This document shows positions 31,692-42,025 of a stretch of DNA of 64,000 nt, in pieces; position 1 is the first letter of the stretch, and each line of letters begins with the position of its first letter. Origin of the DNA: Flavobacterium sp. (lineage in GTDB: Bacteria; Bacteroidota; Bacteroidia; Flavobacteriales; Flavobacteriaceae); contig NZ_JASGHW010000003.1 of NCBI RefSeq assembly GCF_047602195.1, positions 167,173-231,172 of the forward strand, given 5' to 3'. The notes below the pieces were generated by a model that saw only the letters and a list, made by a program, of their open reading frames with translations, was not told where the DNA came from and did no database searches. A program made the translations under genes and the position numbers.

Positions 31692-32879
31692 CTATTTTTT
31701 GATGTAATTGAAAGGAATGTAGCCCTGCCATTGCCAAGGCGTTTCATAATCGCCGATGATTTTTTCGAGCAATTCCTTGAAAATCTGTTCGGCATTTGTG
31801 CTGTTGGTCATGATGATGATTGCGGTATTCTTGTCTGGGAAGTTGACATTGTAATGGCGCCAGGCACCGTCATGGCTTTCTATGAAAAACGCCCGTCCGA
31901 ATTTGCTCTTGAAAAATCCCCAACCCAATGCATACGACAACTGGATGTCTTTGTTGTCTTCGGTTGTTTCGGGATGGTCCGATGGAAATTGGTATTTCGA
32001 ATTGATGGCAATCTGCGGCGCAATCATCTCGTTGCGCACTTTGGGGTGAAGCCCTTGGTGAAGCAAAATCTTTTGGATGAAGCGCGTGTAATCGGCAACC
32101 GTTGTCACCATGGAATTGGCGGCGTTGGGCGTCGAGGTTTTCTTTTTGGCCATCGGTTTGCCTTTTTCATCATAACCCATGGCGTAATTTTCATCAAAAT
32201 CAGAATGCCAGACAAAACCCGAATGGAACATTTCCAATGGCTTGAATACTTTTTCAATGGCCAATTCCTCCAGATTTTTTCCCGTAATCTTTTCGACGGT
32301 CAACTGCAACAACTTAAAACCTTCGTTCGAATAGACGTACTTTGTCTCGGGTTTGTAATACAATTTGAGCGCGGCGGTTTGGTCTTCGGCACCGGTTTGC
32401 GGATTGGTGAAGCGCGAATAAGGCAAACCTGAGGTATGGCTCAAACACATGCGGGGCGTGATCAATTTCCAACTTTCATCTTCGGCCAAGGGAGACCAAT
32501 TGGGGTATTGTGAAATATCGCCCAGATACTCGAAAAGCGGTTTGTCGAGATCGAGTATTTTTTCCTCCACGAGTTTCATCGAAAGATAGGCGAAAACCGC
32601 CTTGCTCAAAGAACCGGCTTCGAATGCCGTTTCGGGATCGAGCAATTGGTCTTTTTCCTTGTCCTTGAACCCGTACGGTTTGATGTAAGCCTTGTTGCCG
32701 TTGATGACCGAAATACACAAACCATCGACCTTACCATAAACAATCAATTTCTCGGCGATGCCGTCAATTTGTTTGGGCGTGATGGTGCTGCCGTCCAATT
32801 TCTTGAGATCGGCGGTAGGTCTTTGCGCCAGTATCGGCCCTGCGAGAAGGCAGGCAAAAAAAAGCGCGGTTTTTTTCAT
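31692..32879 (-). CDS. Serine hydrolase, beta-lactamase/transpeptidase-like (class C-type fold)
   Basis: The SxxK motif (GSLSKAV) and the YxN motif (YVYSNEG) are present. The signal peptide is MKKTALFFACLLAGPILAQ from the ATG at 32879. The longer ORF-track start is rejected because it overlaps the neighbouring gene. Confidence 0.8.
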   Translation of the reverse strand: MKKTALFFACLLAGPILAQRPTADLKKLDGSTITPKQIDGIAEKLIVYGKVDGLCISVINGNKAYIKPYGFKDKEKDQLLDPETAFEAGSLSKAVFAYLSMKLVEEKILDLDKPLFEYLGDISQYPNWSPLAEDESWKLITPRMCLSHTSGLPYSRFTNPQTGAEDQTAALKLYYKPETKYVYSNEGFKLLQLTVEKITGKNLEELAIEKVFKPLEMFHSGFVWHSDFDENYAMGYDEKGKPMAKKKTSTPNAANSMVTTVADYTRFIQKILLHQGLHPKVRNEMIAPQIAINSKYQFPSDHPETTEDNKDIQLSYALGWGFFKSKFGRAFFIESHDGAWRHYNVNFPDKNTAIIIMTNSTNAEQIFKELLEKIIGDYETPWQWQGYIPFNYIKK

Positions 32880-32889
32880 AACAGTAAAT

Positions 32890-33231
32890 TTATCGGGCAA
32901 TACGACGCACTTCGACCGAGTTGTGCTGGCCTTGTAAAACCGGGCTTCCCTTGGCAAATTCAATGGCTTCCTCGATCGATTCGGCGCGCACGATGATGTA
33001 GCCGCCGATCGTCTCGTGCAGGTTGCCAAAAGCCTTCTCGGAAACGCGTTTGTCGCCGCCATGCACGACGCGTGCCTCGTCAAACAGCAGTCCTTTGCCG
33101 TCGCTGAATTTGTTCTGTGCAGCGATGTCGTTGATCCAGTCCATGGTTTGCTGCATCCATTGCTGCATTTGTTCCTGCGAGATGGATTTGCTCGCGTCTT
33201 CGTGCCTAAAAATTAAAATGTATTCGTTCAT
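32890..33231 (-). CDS. YciI-family (DGPF-like) protein
   Basis: The protein is 113 aa. The GGYIIVRAESIEEAIEFAKGSP pattern is typical of YciI-like proteins. Confidence 0.65.
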   Translation of the reverse strand: MNEYILIFRHEDASKSISQEQMQQWMQQTMDWINDIAAQNKFSDGKGLLFDEARVVHGGDKRVSEKAFGNLHETIGGYIIVRAESIEEAIEFAKGSPVLQGQHNSVEVRRIAR

Positions 33232-33599
33232 TATGCGGTGGGGTTGGTGATGGATATTTGCATGAGGTAACTCGTAAGTTTCTTGATTTTTTCGTCGCGC
33301 ATTTCAAACACGTCACAGAAAACCGCATCGAGGATGTCGCCGTTCTTGAAGGAACAAGTCACATGTCCTTCGGCTACGACGATGTCATTTTCCTCGATCA
33401 TCTTGAAAATTTTGATCACGGGCGTTCCGGTGAAATTAGGGTTTTCGATTTCCTTGTCAAATGCCGCTTTGCCTTCATGGTGGTAGGTGCCGGGCATGAC
33501 CCAAACGACATCGTCGGTCAGGCAGTCGAGGATTTTTTGATGGTCGGTGGTGTTGAACCCGTCCATGTATTGCTGTACGGTTCTTTTATTGGCTGACAT
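33231..33599 (-). CDS. NTF2/SnoaL-like (ketosteroid isomerase-like) protein
   Basis: The protein is 122 aa. The N-terminal pattern is VQQYMDGFNTTDHQKILDCLTDDVVW. Confidence 0.65.
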   Translation of the reverse strand: MSANKRTVQQYMDGFNTTDHQKILDCLTDDVVWVMPGTYHHEGKAAFDKEIENPNFTGTPVIKIFKMIEENDIVVAEGHVTCSFKNGDILDAVFCDVFEMRDEKIKKLTSYLMQISITNPTA

Positions 33600-33726
33600 A
33601 TTTTCGATTTTGGAACCTAAAAGTAATCAAATTCCCAAACTTTCATTTACAAATATTCCATTTAGTGTTTCGACTTTGAAACTTTAAAACTTTTTCTATC
33701 TTTAAACCAACTAACCAAACCAAAAT

Positions 33727-35142
33727 ATGGAAAACCACGAAAACGAACATTTCAAACGCGAACTCGGATTATTAGACGGAACCATGCTGGTCGTGGGCTC
33801 GATGATCGGTTCGGGTATTTTTATCGTCAGTTCCGACATGATCCGCAACGTCGGCTCGGCCGGAATGCTCATTGCGATGTGGGTCATCACCGGACTGATC
33901 ACGATCATAGCCGCCGTCAGTTATGGGGAACTCAGTGCGATGTTTCCCAAGGCGGGCGGACAATACGTCTACCTCAAGGAAGCCTATGGAAAACTAACCG
34001 CTTTTTTGTACGGCTGGAGTTTTTTCGCTGTGATTCAAACCGGTACGATTGCCGCTGTGGGTGTGGCTTTTTCCAAGTTCGCCGCCTATTTGTACGAACC
34101 GTTCAGCGATCAAAATGTATTGTATGAAATGGGCAGCTTCAATCTCAATGCGGCGCAGCTCGTTTCGATCGTGACCATTATTTTGCTGTCGTATTTCAAC
34201 AGCCGCGGCGTAAAGAACAGCAAGACTTTGCAGACTTTTCTGTCGATCATCAAGATCGCATCCTTGCTGGGTTTGATTGTTTTCGGATTTATACTCGGCG
34301 CCAAAGCCGAAATCTGGGACGCCAACTGGACCGATGCTTGGGCCAACCGCAATTTCGTCAAGGATACCGGCGAATGGATGACCATCGGCGGATCGACGAT
34401 TGTGGCCGGAATCGCTGCAGCAATGGTCGGCTCGGTATTTTCGAGCGATGCGTGGAACGGCGTGACATTTATCGCAGGCGAAATCAAGAACCCGAAACGC
34501 AACGTGGGATTGAGTTTGTTTCTCGGGACTTTGATTGTAAGCATCCTGTATATTCTGGCCAATCTGATGTACCTCGCCGTCGTGCCGCTGACCGAAATGG
34601 CAACCGCCGAATCGGATCGGGTAGCGGTAGTGGCTTCGCAACATATTTTCGGAAGCATCGGGACTTACATCATCGCGGTCATGATCATGATTTCGACTTT
34701 CGCGTGCAACAACGGACTCATCATGGCCGGTGCGCGTGTTTATTACACGATGGCCAATGACGGACTGTTTTTCAAAAAAGCCGGGCATCTCAATGAAGCG
34801 GGCGTGCCCGCCTGGGCATTGTGGGCACAATGCATCTGGGCATCGGCTTTGTGCTTGACCGGAAAATACGGCGATTTGCTCGATTTCGTCGTCATCATCG
34901 TTTTGATTTTCTATATCCTGACGATTTACGGCATCTTCAAATTGCGGCAAACCATGCCCGATGCCGAACGACCTTACAAGGCTTTTGGTTATCCATTCCT
35001 GCCGATGCTCTATATTGTTTTGGCGGCGGCTTTGTCGGTGGCGTTGTTGGTTTTCAAGACCAGTACGTGCGGTTGGGGCGTAGCGATTATGTTGGCCGGA
35101 ATCCCGGTGTATTACCTTACCAAATCCCGTCAAATCGGATAA
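33727..35142 (+). CDS. APC-family amino acid permease
   Basis: There are 12 predicted TM segments. The N-terminal block GLLDGTMLVVGSMIGSGIF is present. Confidence 0.88.
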   Translation: MENHENEHFKRELGLLDGTMLVVGSMIGSGIFIVSSDMIRNVGSAGMLIAMWVITGLITIIAAVSYGELSAMFPKAGGQYVYLKEAYGKLTAFLYGWSFFAVIQTGTIAAVGVAFSKFAAYLYEPFSDQNVLYEMGSFNLNAAQLVSIVTIILLSYFNSRGVKNSKTLQTFLSIIKIASLLGLIVFGFILGAKAEIWDANWTDAWANRNFVKDTGEWMTIGGSTIVAGIAAAMVGSVFSSDAWNGVTFIAGEIKNPKRNVGLSLFLGTLIVSILYILANLMYLAVVPLTEMATAESDRVAVVASQHIFGSIGTYIIAVMIMISTFACNNGLIMAGARVYYTMANDGLFFKKAGHLNEAGVPAWALWAQCIWASALCLTGKYGDLLDFVVIIVLIFYILTIYGIFKLRQTMPDAERPYKAFGYPFLPMLYIVLAAALSVALLVFKTSTCGWGVAIMLAGIPVYYLTKSRQIG

Positions 35143-35152
35143 ATTGAAGGCA

Positions 35153-35845
35153 ATGAAAAAGTATCTGTTTATTTTTTGCGTGGCTTTATTGGGGGGTTGC
35201 GCCGAATTCCAAAATTTATCCAAAGCGGCAACTGCGATAGCTGAATATGCCGGAACATCCGACGTGACTGTCGGCACGTCGAATTTTGCCAGTACCAACA
35301 AAGGCAGTAAGGAATCATTCAAAATCGTGATGAAGAATGTGCCTCAAATTGACAAAAACAGTTACAATCCGGAACTGTTGGCTTCGTACTCGGCCAAAAT
35401 CCTCTACGACAACCTGAGCGATGAAGAACGTGCAGAACGCGAGGTCATCGATGTCCAGATAGTATCCCAAAGCCGTACTGTCGAATACCGATACAAACAA
35501 GAGGATCTAAAGGCCGTCGAAAAATACGCAGAAGTGTCGAAGGCTTTCTTTTCGAACCTAAAGACCAAGCAATATGACAAGATGTATGATGATTTTGTCG
35601 ACACGACCGCTTTTCCCAAACAGGCTTTCGTTACTGATTTTGTCGGTGCGTTGGTGGCCAAGAACGAATCGGTTTTTGCGGATATCGTTGCGCTAGAGTT
35701 CACGGGATTTCACGTTGGGGAATTCAAAGGCAAATCGCTTTTTGAAGTGGTGATTTTCGGCAAACTTAAAAACGGCCAGCATTTGACCATGTTGGCGCGT
35801 TTCCTTAAAGGGAGCGACAAGGTGGTCGGGCTTAAGATTGATTAA
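35153..35845 (+). CDS. Hypothetical lipoprotein
   Basis: The lipobox is ALLGGC. The start is the ATG at 35153, just after the permease stop. Confidence 0.55.
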   Translation: MKKYLFIFCVALLGGCAEFQNLSKAATAIAEYAGTSDVTVGTSNFASTNKGSKESFKIVMKNVPQIDKNSYNPELLASYSAKILYDNLSDEERAEREVIDVQIVSQSRTVEYRYKQEDLKAVEKYAEVSKAFFSNLKTKQYDKMYDDFVDTTAFPKQAFVTDFVGALVAKNESVFADIVALEFTGFHVGEFKGKSLFEVVIFGKLKNGQHLTMLARFLKGSDKVVGLKID

Positions 35846-36308
35846 TTTTTGAGGCGTGTTTGGCCAGCATCACAATCTGTCCCAAATGATACGCATCGTG
35901 TTGGATGATCCCATGGATGTGGTCGGCGTAGGTCATGTGGTTGATCGAATAAACCTTTTCCATTTTTTCTTCGCGCATCTGGTCGAGAAAAGCGATCCAT
36001 GCTTGTTGCGTATTTTGTAATTGTTGGAGTGTGGATTCCCAGGCGCGATCGGAAGTATCGGCCACGGGGCGAAAATAATTGTCCTCGGGCGAAACCATCG
36101 TTTGGCCTTTGATGCGTTCCAGTACATTTTCGCGCCAAAGGATCAGGTGATTCGTGATTTCCCAAATCGAATTCCAGTTTTCACCGGGGCGGTAAGTCGC
36201 CTGCTGGGCGTTGAGGTTGGACAATGTCCCGGTAATCGTGACATCGAGCCACGGGTCGCCGGCATACAGATCGGCAAACATTTTTTGGAGTCGGGCGGTT
36301 TCTTTCAT
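35832..36308 (-). CDS. DinB-family protein
   Basis: The four-helix DinB_2 pattern is present, including DAYHLGQIVMLAK. Confidence 0.75.
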   Translation of the reverse strand: MKETARLQKMFADLYAGDPWLDVTITGTLSNLNAQQATYRPGENWNSIWEITNHLILWRENVLERIKGQTMVSPEDNYFRPVADTSDRAWESTLQQLQNTQQAWIAFLDQMREEKMEKVYSINHMTYADHIHGIIQHDAYHLGQIVMLAKHASKINQS

Positions 36309-36385
36309 GTTTCTTTTTTGATGAATTTTTAAAAGTAACGAAAATCGGTTTGCACTTTCCGCTCATTAACTGATTTTTAAGACAA

Positions 36386-36420
36386 CAAAAAAGCGCTTCT
36401 GTTTCCAAAAGCGCTTTTTG
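36386..36420 (-). terminator. Terminator downstream of gap
   Basis: The stem AAAGCGCTT/AAGCGCTTT has A/T runs on both sides. Confidence 0.65.
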
Positions 36421-36438
36421 CAGTTAAGTATAAAAATC

Positions 36439-37887
36439 CTAGTAATAGGTATATCTTCTTACTTTGGCGATGTATTTCGCAAGGCGGATGACCTGATGAC
36501 TGTAGCCGTATTCGTTGTCGTACCACACATACATCACGATGTTTTTGCCGTCGCCCGAAACAATCGTCGCGTTGCTGTCGTAGATCGACGGGGCAGAAGT
36601 GCCTACGATGTCCGAAGAAACCAATTCGTTGTTCAACGAATATTTGATCTGCTCCACGAGTTCGCCTTCGAGTGCGTATTTTTTCATGATGGCGTTGACT
36701 TCCTCGACAGAAGTTTCTTTGCCCACTTCCAAGTTCAACACCACGAGTGAACCGTTCGGTACAGGAACACGGATCGCATTCGAAGTCAACTTTCCAGCCA
36801 AAGACGGCAAGGCTTTCGCCACAGCGCTTCCGGCTCCGGTTTCGGTGATGACCATGTTCAATGCCGCGGCACGTCCACGACGGTATTTCTTGTGCATGTT
36901 GTCGACCAAATTCTGGTCATTCGTATACGCGTGAATTGTTTCGAGGTGGCCTTTTACCACGCCCAACGTATCTTCTACGGCTTTCAAAATCGGAGTGATG
37001 GCATTGGTTGTACAAGAAGCCGCAGAGAAAATCGTCACTTCGTCCGGGTTGTGCTCGTTTTGGTTGACGCCGTGAACGATGTTCGGAACGCCTTTTCCAG
37101 GTGCGGTGAGCAATACTTTATCGGTTCCTTTGGAAGTCAAGTGTCTTTCCAAAGCTTCTTTAGTAGTGAAAGCACCGGTGTTGTCGATGACCAAAGCTTC
37201 GTCGATGCCATATTTGGTGTAATCGATGTCTTCCGGGCCATTTGCAGTGATGACGTGAACCGTAGTTCCGTTGATGATGAGTGCTTGATTTTCCACATCG
37301 GCTACAACCGAACCGTTGAAATCACCGTGGATTGAATCGTAACGCAACAATGACGCTCTTTTTTCGAGAGAAACCGCATCGTTTTTATCGCGTGTCACGA
37401 TGGCACGAAGGCGCAATTGCGTTCCTTTTCCGGTTCTTGACATCAATTCTCTCGCGAGCAAACGTCCGATACGACCGAATCCGTACAATACGACATCTTT
37501 CGGCTTGTTGCTTTTCGAATCCTTGGCGTTGGCCAATTTGTCGATCACGAATCTTTTGGCGTCGTCGTGCTTGTTGTCGTCGAGGCGGAATTCGTAAGTC
37601 AGTTTGCCCAAATCGAGTTTGGCCGGTGGCAAATCCAATGAATAAATGGCACGTGCAATTTCGACCGAATCAAAAACAGAAATCGGTTTGCCGACGAATT
37701 CGCCCGCATATTCGTGCAGGTTGATGATCTCGCTCACGTTTCTGTCGATCAATTGGTTTCTGAAAAGAACCATTTCGATGGACTTGTCATACCATAAATC
37801 GCTGATGATTTTAATTAGTTCAACGCCCGCTCTTCTGCGCGCCGCTTGGGAAGAAACCTCCTTTTCGTATAAAATCGTGTTACTCAT
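36439..37887 (-). CDS. gap: Glyceraldehyde-3-phosphate dehydrogenase (long ~480-aa form)
   Basis: The NAD-binding motif GFGRIGR and the active site SCTTN (AASCTTNAITP) are present. A terminator lies downstream. Confidence 0.92.
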   Translation of the reverse strand: MSNTILYEKEVSSQAARRRAGVELIKIISDLWYDKSIEMVLFRNQLIDRNVSEIINLHEYAGEFVGKPISVFDSVEIARAIYSLDLPPAKLDLGKLTYEFRLDDNKHDDAKRFVIDKLANAKDSKSNKPKDVVLYGFGRIGRLLARELMSRTGKGTQLRLRAIVTRDKNDAVSLEKRASLLRYDSIHGDFNGSVVADVENQALIINGTTVHVITANGPEDIDYTKYGIDEALVIDNTGAFTTKEALERHLTSKGTDKVLLTAPGKGVPNIVHGVNQNEHNPDEVTIFSAASCTTNAITPILKAVEDTLGVVKGHLETIHAYTNDQNLVDNMHKKYRRGRAAALNMVITETGAGSAVAKALPSLAGKLTSNAIRVPVPNGSLVVLNLEVGKETSVEEVNAIMKKYALEGELVEQIKYSLNNELVSSDIVGTSAPSIYDSNATIVSGDGKNIVMYVWYDNEYGYSHQVIRLAKYIAKVRRYTYY

Positions 37888-37926
37888 TGGGTTAAAATAT
37901 TTAAGTGTGTTATTTTAAAATTGCTG

Positions 37927-37934
37927 CAAAACTA
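37927..37934 (-). promoter_or_regulatory. Candidate -7 box (TAnnTTTG) for gap
   Basis: The minus strand reads TAGTTTTG, about 40 nt upstream of the ATG at 37887. Confidence 0.4.
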
Positions 37935-38002
37935 CTGAATAATAGTAATTGACGAAAACGTTTTCGTTGTTTTTTATCAAATATCCGTTGAAGTGCCCGA
38001 AA

Positions 38003-38031
38003 TAAAAAAAGCCACCCGAAAAAGGCGGCTT
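38003..38031 (-). terminator. Terminator downstream of the htrA-like gene
   Basis: On the minus strand the stem is AGCCGCC/GGTGGCT (one G:U pair), followed by T7. Confidence 0.6.
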
Positions 38032-38060
38032 TGATTGAATATAATAACTAACTTAAACGC

Positions 38061-39455
38061 TTAGATAATAATGCGGATGCGTTGTCCGGCTTTGTTGATC
38101 ATTTCGATACTAACGCTTTGGTTCTCGTCTTTATTGCCCAGGATTCTCGAAACGGTTTCGACATCGGTAGCCTTGACATTGTCGACGCTAAGGATGATGT
38201 TGTTGATGAGTTCATCGTAATACGGCTTGAGGTTGTCGTTGTTGATCTCGCGGATGCGCACGCCATAATTGATGCGGAATTTTTTCTTGTCCGTAGCGTC
38301 GATGTTTTCCAATTGCATGCCCTTAAGTTCGGTGCTCACGAATTCATTTTTGGTCAGCGTCACCGGAACCGCGTAAGTTTTACCGCCACGGATGTAAGTC
38401 ACCTGGACTTTATCATTCGGACGTTTGGTGTTGATGTATGCAGCCAATTCGGAATAGGTCGAAATGCTTCTGTCATCCAATTTCACGATGATGTCGCCTT
38501 TGGCCAAGCCCGATTTCTCGGCTCCCGAATTCTTGGTCACGCGGTTGATGTAAAAACCTTGGGTTTCCGCAACGCCGAGTTCTTTGGAGGCTTTGCTGTT
38601 GAGTTCGCCGCCTTCTACGCCCAAAATTCCACGTTGGACATTGCCGTATTCCATGATGTCCTCGATGATTTTACGCGCGATGTTCGACGGAACCGCAAAC
38701 GAATAACCCACATACGAACCGGTCATCGAAGAAATCATCGTGTTGATACCGACGAGTTCGCCTTTGGTATTGACGAGCGCACCACCTGAATTTCCTGGGT
38801 TGACGGCTGCATCGGTTTGGATGAACGATTGGATGCCGGAAGAATCTAAATTTCTCGCTTTCGCAGAAACAATTCCAGCCGTTACGGTCGAAGTCAAATT
38901 GTACGGGTTACCGACAGCCAAAACCCATTCGCCGACTTTTACATTGTCCGAATCGGCGAAAACGGTGTATTCCAATTTGGTATCGGCATCGATTTTGAGA
39001 AGCGCGATGTCCATTTTAGAATCGGTTCCGATCAATTTGGCCTTGTAGGTTTTCTTGTTGTTGAGTGTGATTTCGATCTCGGAGGCGTCCTGGACCACAT
39101 GGTTGTTGGTCACAATGTAACCGTCTTCCGAAATGATGACGCCCGATCCGGTACCGACCTGTTCTTGCTGCTGGCCGCCTTTGTAGCCGTAGAAAAACTC
39201 GAGCATCGGGTTGGAAACCGTACGGTAAGAAGTGTTTTTTACGTGGACGACCGAGTGGACGGTCTTGTCGGCGGCTTCGGTAAAATCAACCGATTCGGCA
39301 CCGAGTCCGACGTTTTTGGTATAATTGGGTTCTGCAACAGTGACGATATTTTTTTTAGACGAAAGCCCGTCATTTTCAATAAACAATTTATAAGCACCGA
39401 GCGTTGTTGCACCACTCAGCAAGGACACTAAAAATAAACTCGAAAAATTCTTCAT
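38061..39455 (-). CDS. HtrA/DegP/DegQ-family periplasmic serine protease with two PDZ domains
   Basis: Triad contexts TNNHVV, DIALLKI and GNSGGALVN are present. The signal peptide is taken from the ATG at 39455 (MKNFSSLFLVSLLSGATTLGA). Confidence 0.92.
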   Translation of the reverse strand: MKNFSSLFLVSLLSGATTLGAYKLFIENDGLSSKKNIVTVAEPNYTKNVGLGAESVDFTEAADKTVHSVVHVKNTSYRTVSNPMLEFFYGYKGGQQQEQVGTGSGVIISEDGYIVTNNHVVQDASEIEITLNNKKTYKAKLIGTDSKMDIALLKIDADTKLEYTVFADSDNVKVGEWVLAVGNPYNLTSTVTAGIVSAKARNLDSSGIQSFIQTDAAVNPGNSGGALVNTKGELVGINTMISSMTGSYVGYSFAVPSNIARKIIEDIMEYGNVQRGILGVEGGELNSKASKELGVAETQGFYINRVTKNSGAEKSGLAKGDIIVKLDDRSISTYSELAAYINTKRPNDKVQVTYIRGGKTYAVPVTLTKNEFVSTELKGMQLENIDATDKKKFRINYGVRIREINNDNLKPYYDELINNIILSVDNVKATDVETVSRILGNKDENQSVSIEMINKAGQRIRIII

Positions 39456-39639
39456 TTTTAAATTAACTTTGGGTTGAACAATGTCTGTTATAATTTTTGG
39501 TAGCGTAAAATTAGCAAACAAAAATTTTCGAAAAAGCAGTTTAACGCTCGTTTAACAGGGATTAACTTTTTGTTGGCAATCGTTGGTTCACAAAGGCTTG
39601 CGAACGATTTTAACAGAACGCAATTGAAGGTTTTATTCG

Positions 39640-39647
39640 TATCTTTG
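39640..39647 (+). promoter_or_regulatory. Candidate -7 box (TAnnTTTG) for dapF
   Basis: TATCTTTG lies 18 nt upstream of the ATG at 39665. Confidence 0.45.
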
Positions 39648-39664
39648 CATACATTTTTTTACTG

Positions 39665-40447
39665 ATGGAATTTACTTTTTACAAATACCAGGGCACCGGG
39701 AACGACTTTGTCATGATCGACAACCGCGACCAATTTTTCCCCAAAGACAACACCGCGCTCGTCGAAAAACTATGCGACCGCCGCTTCGGCATCGGGGCGG
39801 ATGGCTTGATTTTGCTTGAAAACGACACCGAAACCGATTTTCGGATGGTCTATTACAATTCCGACGGCAACCCGAGTTCGATGTGCGGCAATGGCGGACG
39901 TTGTATCGTTTCATTCGCCAAAAGCCTCGGCATGATCGAAAGGCAAACGACTTTTATTGCTGCCGACGGTTTGCACGACGCCACGATTCTGGACAACGGC
40001 AATGTGTCACTCCACATGAAAGATGTCGATACGGTTGACATCACCGCCGAATATGTGTTCCTCGATACCGGTTCGCCGCACCATGTGCAGATAGAAGACG
40101 ATTTGGCGCATCTCGATGTCAAAACGCTCGGCGCCAAAATCCGCTACAGTGATTTGTACGGCAAGGCCGGAAGCAATGTCAATTTTGTGCACCAGGAAAA
40201 TGAAGATACATTTTCGATCCGCACTTATGAACGCGGCGTGGAAGACGAAACTTTGTCTTGCGGAACCGGCGCGACTGCCGCTGCGATTGCGATGAAAGCG
40301 ATCGGGAAAACCAACGCCGAATCGGTCAATTTAAATGTCGAAGGCGGAAAACTCGTGGTTTCGTTTCATGAAAAAGACGGTAAATTCACCGACGTTTTTC
40401 TCAAAGGCCCGGCCGATTTTGTCTTTAAAGGAACCGCAGAATGCTAA
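39665..40447 (+). CDS. dapF: Diaminopimelate epimerase
   Basis: YQGTGNDF is present. Catalytic Cys motifs SMCGNGGRC and LSCGTGA are present. Confidence 0.95.
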   Translation: MEFTFYKYQGTGNDFVMIDNRDQFFPKDNTALVEKLCDRRFGIGADGLILLENDTETDFRMVYYNSDGNPSSMCGNGGRCIVSFAKSLGMIERQTTFIAADGLHDATILDNGNVSLHMKDVDTVDITAEYVFLDTGSPHHVQIEDDLAHLDVKTLGAKIRYSDLYGKAGSNVNFVHQENEDTFSIRTYERGVEDETLSCGTGATAAAIAMKAIGKTNAESVNLNVEGGKLVVSFHEKDGKFTDVFLKGPADFVFKGTAEC

Positions 40448-40971
40448 CCTTGTCGGGCAAACATATTTTCCTGCGTGCGCTCGAGCCTGAAGACCTCGAG
40501 TTTGTCTACGCGATCGAGAATGACGAGAACATTTGGGAAGTCAGCAATACACAAACGCCTTACAGCCGGTTTTTGATCCGCGAATATTTAAAGAATGCGC
40601 GTCAGGATATTTATGAGGCCAAGCAATTGCGACTCGCGATTTGCCGCCAAAACAGTTTCCAGCCGATCGGGTTGATCGATGTTTTCGATTTCGATCCGAA
40701 GAACAACCGCGCCGGAATCGGGATTTTGATCAAGGACGAAGCCGACCGGAATTCGGGCGTGGGTTCGGAAAGCCTCGAACTGTTGATCCGGTATTGTTTT
40801 TCCAAATTGGAGCTTCACCAACTTTATGCGAATATTGATACACAAAATAGCGCCAGTCTGAAGCTTTTTACTAATTTTGGATTTCAGGAAATCGGCGTCA
40901 AGAAACAATGGAATCTCGTTGGCGGAATCTACAAGGATGAAGCGCTGTTCCAGTTAATCAAACCAAAATAA
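40441..40971 (+). CDS. GNAT-family N-acetyltransferase
   Basis: The RimJ/RimL-like pattern is present (NSGVGSESLELLIRYCF, LYANIDTQNSASLKLFTNFGF). The gene overlaps dapF by 7 nt. Confidence 0.8.
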   Translation: MLTLSGKHIFLRALEPEDLEFVYAIENDENIWEVSNTQTPYSRFLIREYLKNARQDIYEAKQLRLAICRQNSFQPIGLIDVFDFDPKNNRAGIGILIKDEADRNSGVGSESLELLIRYCFSKLELHQLYANIDTQNSASLKLFTNFGFQEIGVKKQWNLVGGIYKDEALFQLIKPK

Positions 40972-40977
40972 ATTGCA

Positions 40978-42021
40978 TTGAAAGCTAAAAGAATTATCGG
41001 AATCGCTTCCGTTGTTATTGTCACCGGCCTTATTGTTTATGGCTATATCATGTACCGCAACATCTTCGCGGACAACACCAAATTTACTGATAGTATAGCT
41101 TACGTAACTATTCCGAGCGGCTCCGATTATGAAGCCGTCAAGAAAATCATGGCCGGTTATGTCGACAATATGGAGCGTTTCGAAAGTGTGGCGGAAAAGA
41201 AATCCTATCCGCAACGCGACAACAAAGCTGGCCGGTTTTTGCTCAAGAAAGGCATGAACAGCAATGATATTGTCAATGCCTTGCGTGTGAATGTGCCGGT
41301 CGATTTGACATTCAACAACCAGGAAAGATTGGAAGATTTCTGTGGCAGGATTTCGCACCAGATCGAAGCCGACAGCCTGAGCCTGCTCACCGCTTTCAAA
41401 GATCCTGAATTTCTCAAGGAAAACGGATTTACCGAAGACAACGTACTGGCGATGTGCATCCCGAATTCGTACGAATTTTTCTGGGACACCAATGCCAACA
41501 AATTCCGTGACCGCATGGCCAAGGAATTTCGCAAGTTCTGGACAGAGGAACGCGTCAAGAAAGCCGAAGCGCAAAATTTGACTCCAATTCAGGCAACCAT
41601 CCTGGCTTCGATTGTACACAAGGAAACCGTCAAGAAAGACGAGCGTCCGCGCGTGGCCGGTGTTTATTTGAACCGTTTGGGCAAAGGCATGAAACTCGAG
41701 GCCGACCCGACGGTGATTTATGCGGTCAAGAAAAATTCGGGCGACTGGAACCAGGTCATCAAACGCGTGTTGAACAAGGATTTGGCGACCGATTCGCCTT
41801 ACAATACCTATATGTACGCGACCTTGCCGCCGGGCCCGATTGCGATGCCTGATATCACTGCAATCGACGCCGTACTCAATCCGGAAAAGCACAATTACAT
41901 TTATTTTTGCGCGAGTGTGACCAATTTCGGCTACCATGAATTTGCCGTAACGCCGGCGCAGCATGAAGTCAACCGACAAAAATATGTGGCCTGGATCAGC
42001 AGCCAGGGCATTACCAGATAA
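40978..42021 (+). CDS. mltG: Endolytic murein transglycosylase MltG (YceG-like)
   Basis: An N-terminal TM anchor is present. The block ILASIVHKET...RPRVAGVYLNRL...LEADPTVIY...YNTY is typical of YceG/MltG. The start is probably TTG. Confidence 0.85.
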   Translation: MKAKRIIGIASVVIVTGLIVYGYIMYRNIFADNTKFTDSIAYVTIPSGSDYEAVKKIMAGYVDNMERFESVAEKKSYPQRDNKAGRFLLKKGMNSNDIVNALRVNVPVDLTFNNQERLEDFCGRISHQIEADSLSLLTAFKDPEFLKENGFTEDNVLAMCIPNSYEFFWDTNANKFRDRMAKEFRKFWTEERVKKAEAQNLTPIQATILASIVHKETVKKDERPRVAGVYLNRLGKGMKLEADPTVIYAVKKNSGDWNQVIKRVLNKDLATDSPYNTYMYATLPPGPIAMPDITAIDAVLNPEKHNYIYFCASVTNFGYHEFAVTPAQHEVNRQKYVAWISSQGITR

Positions 42022-42025
42022 TTAT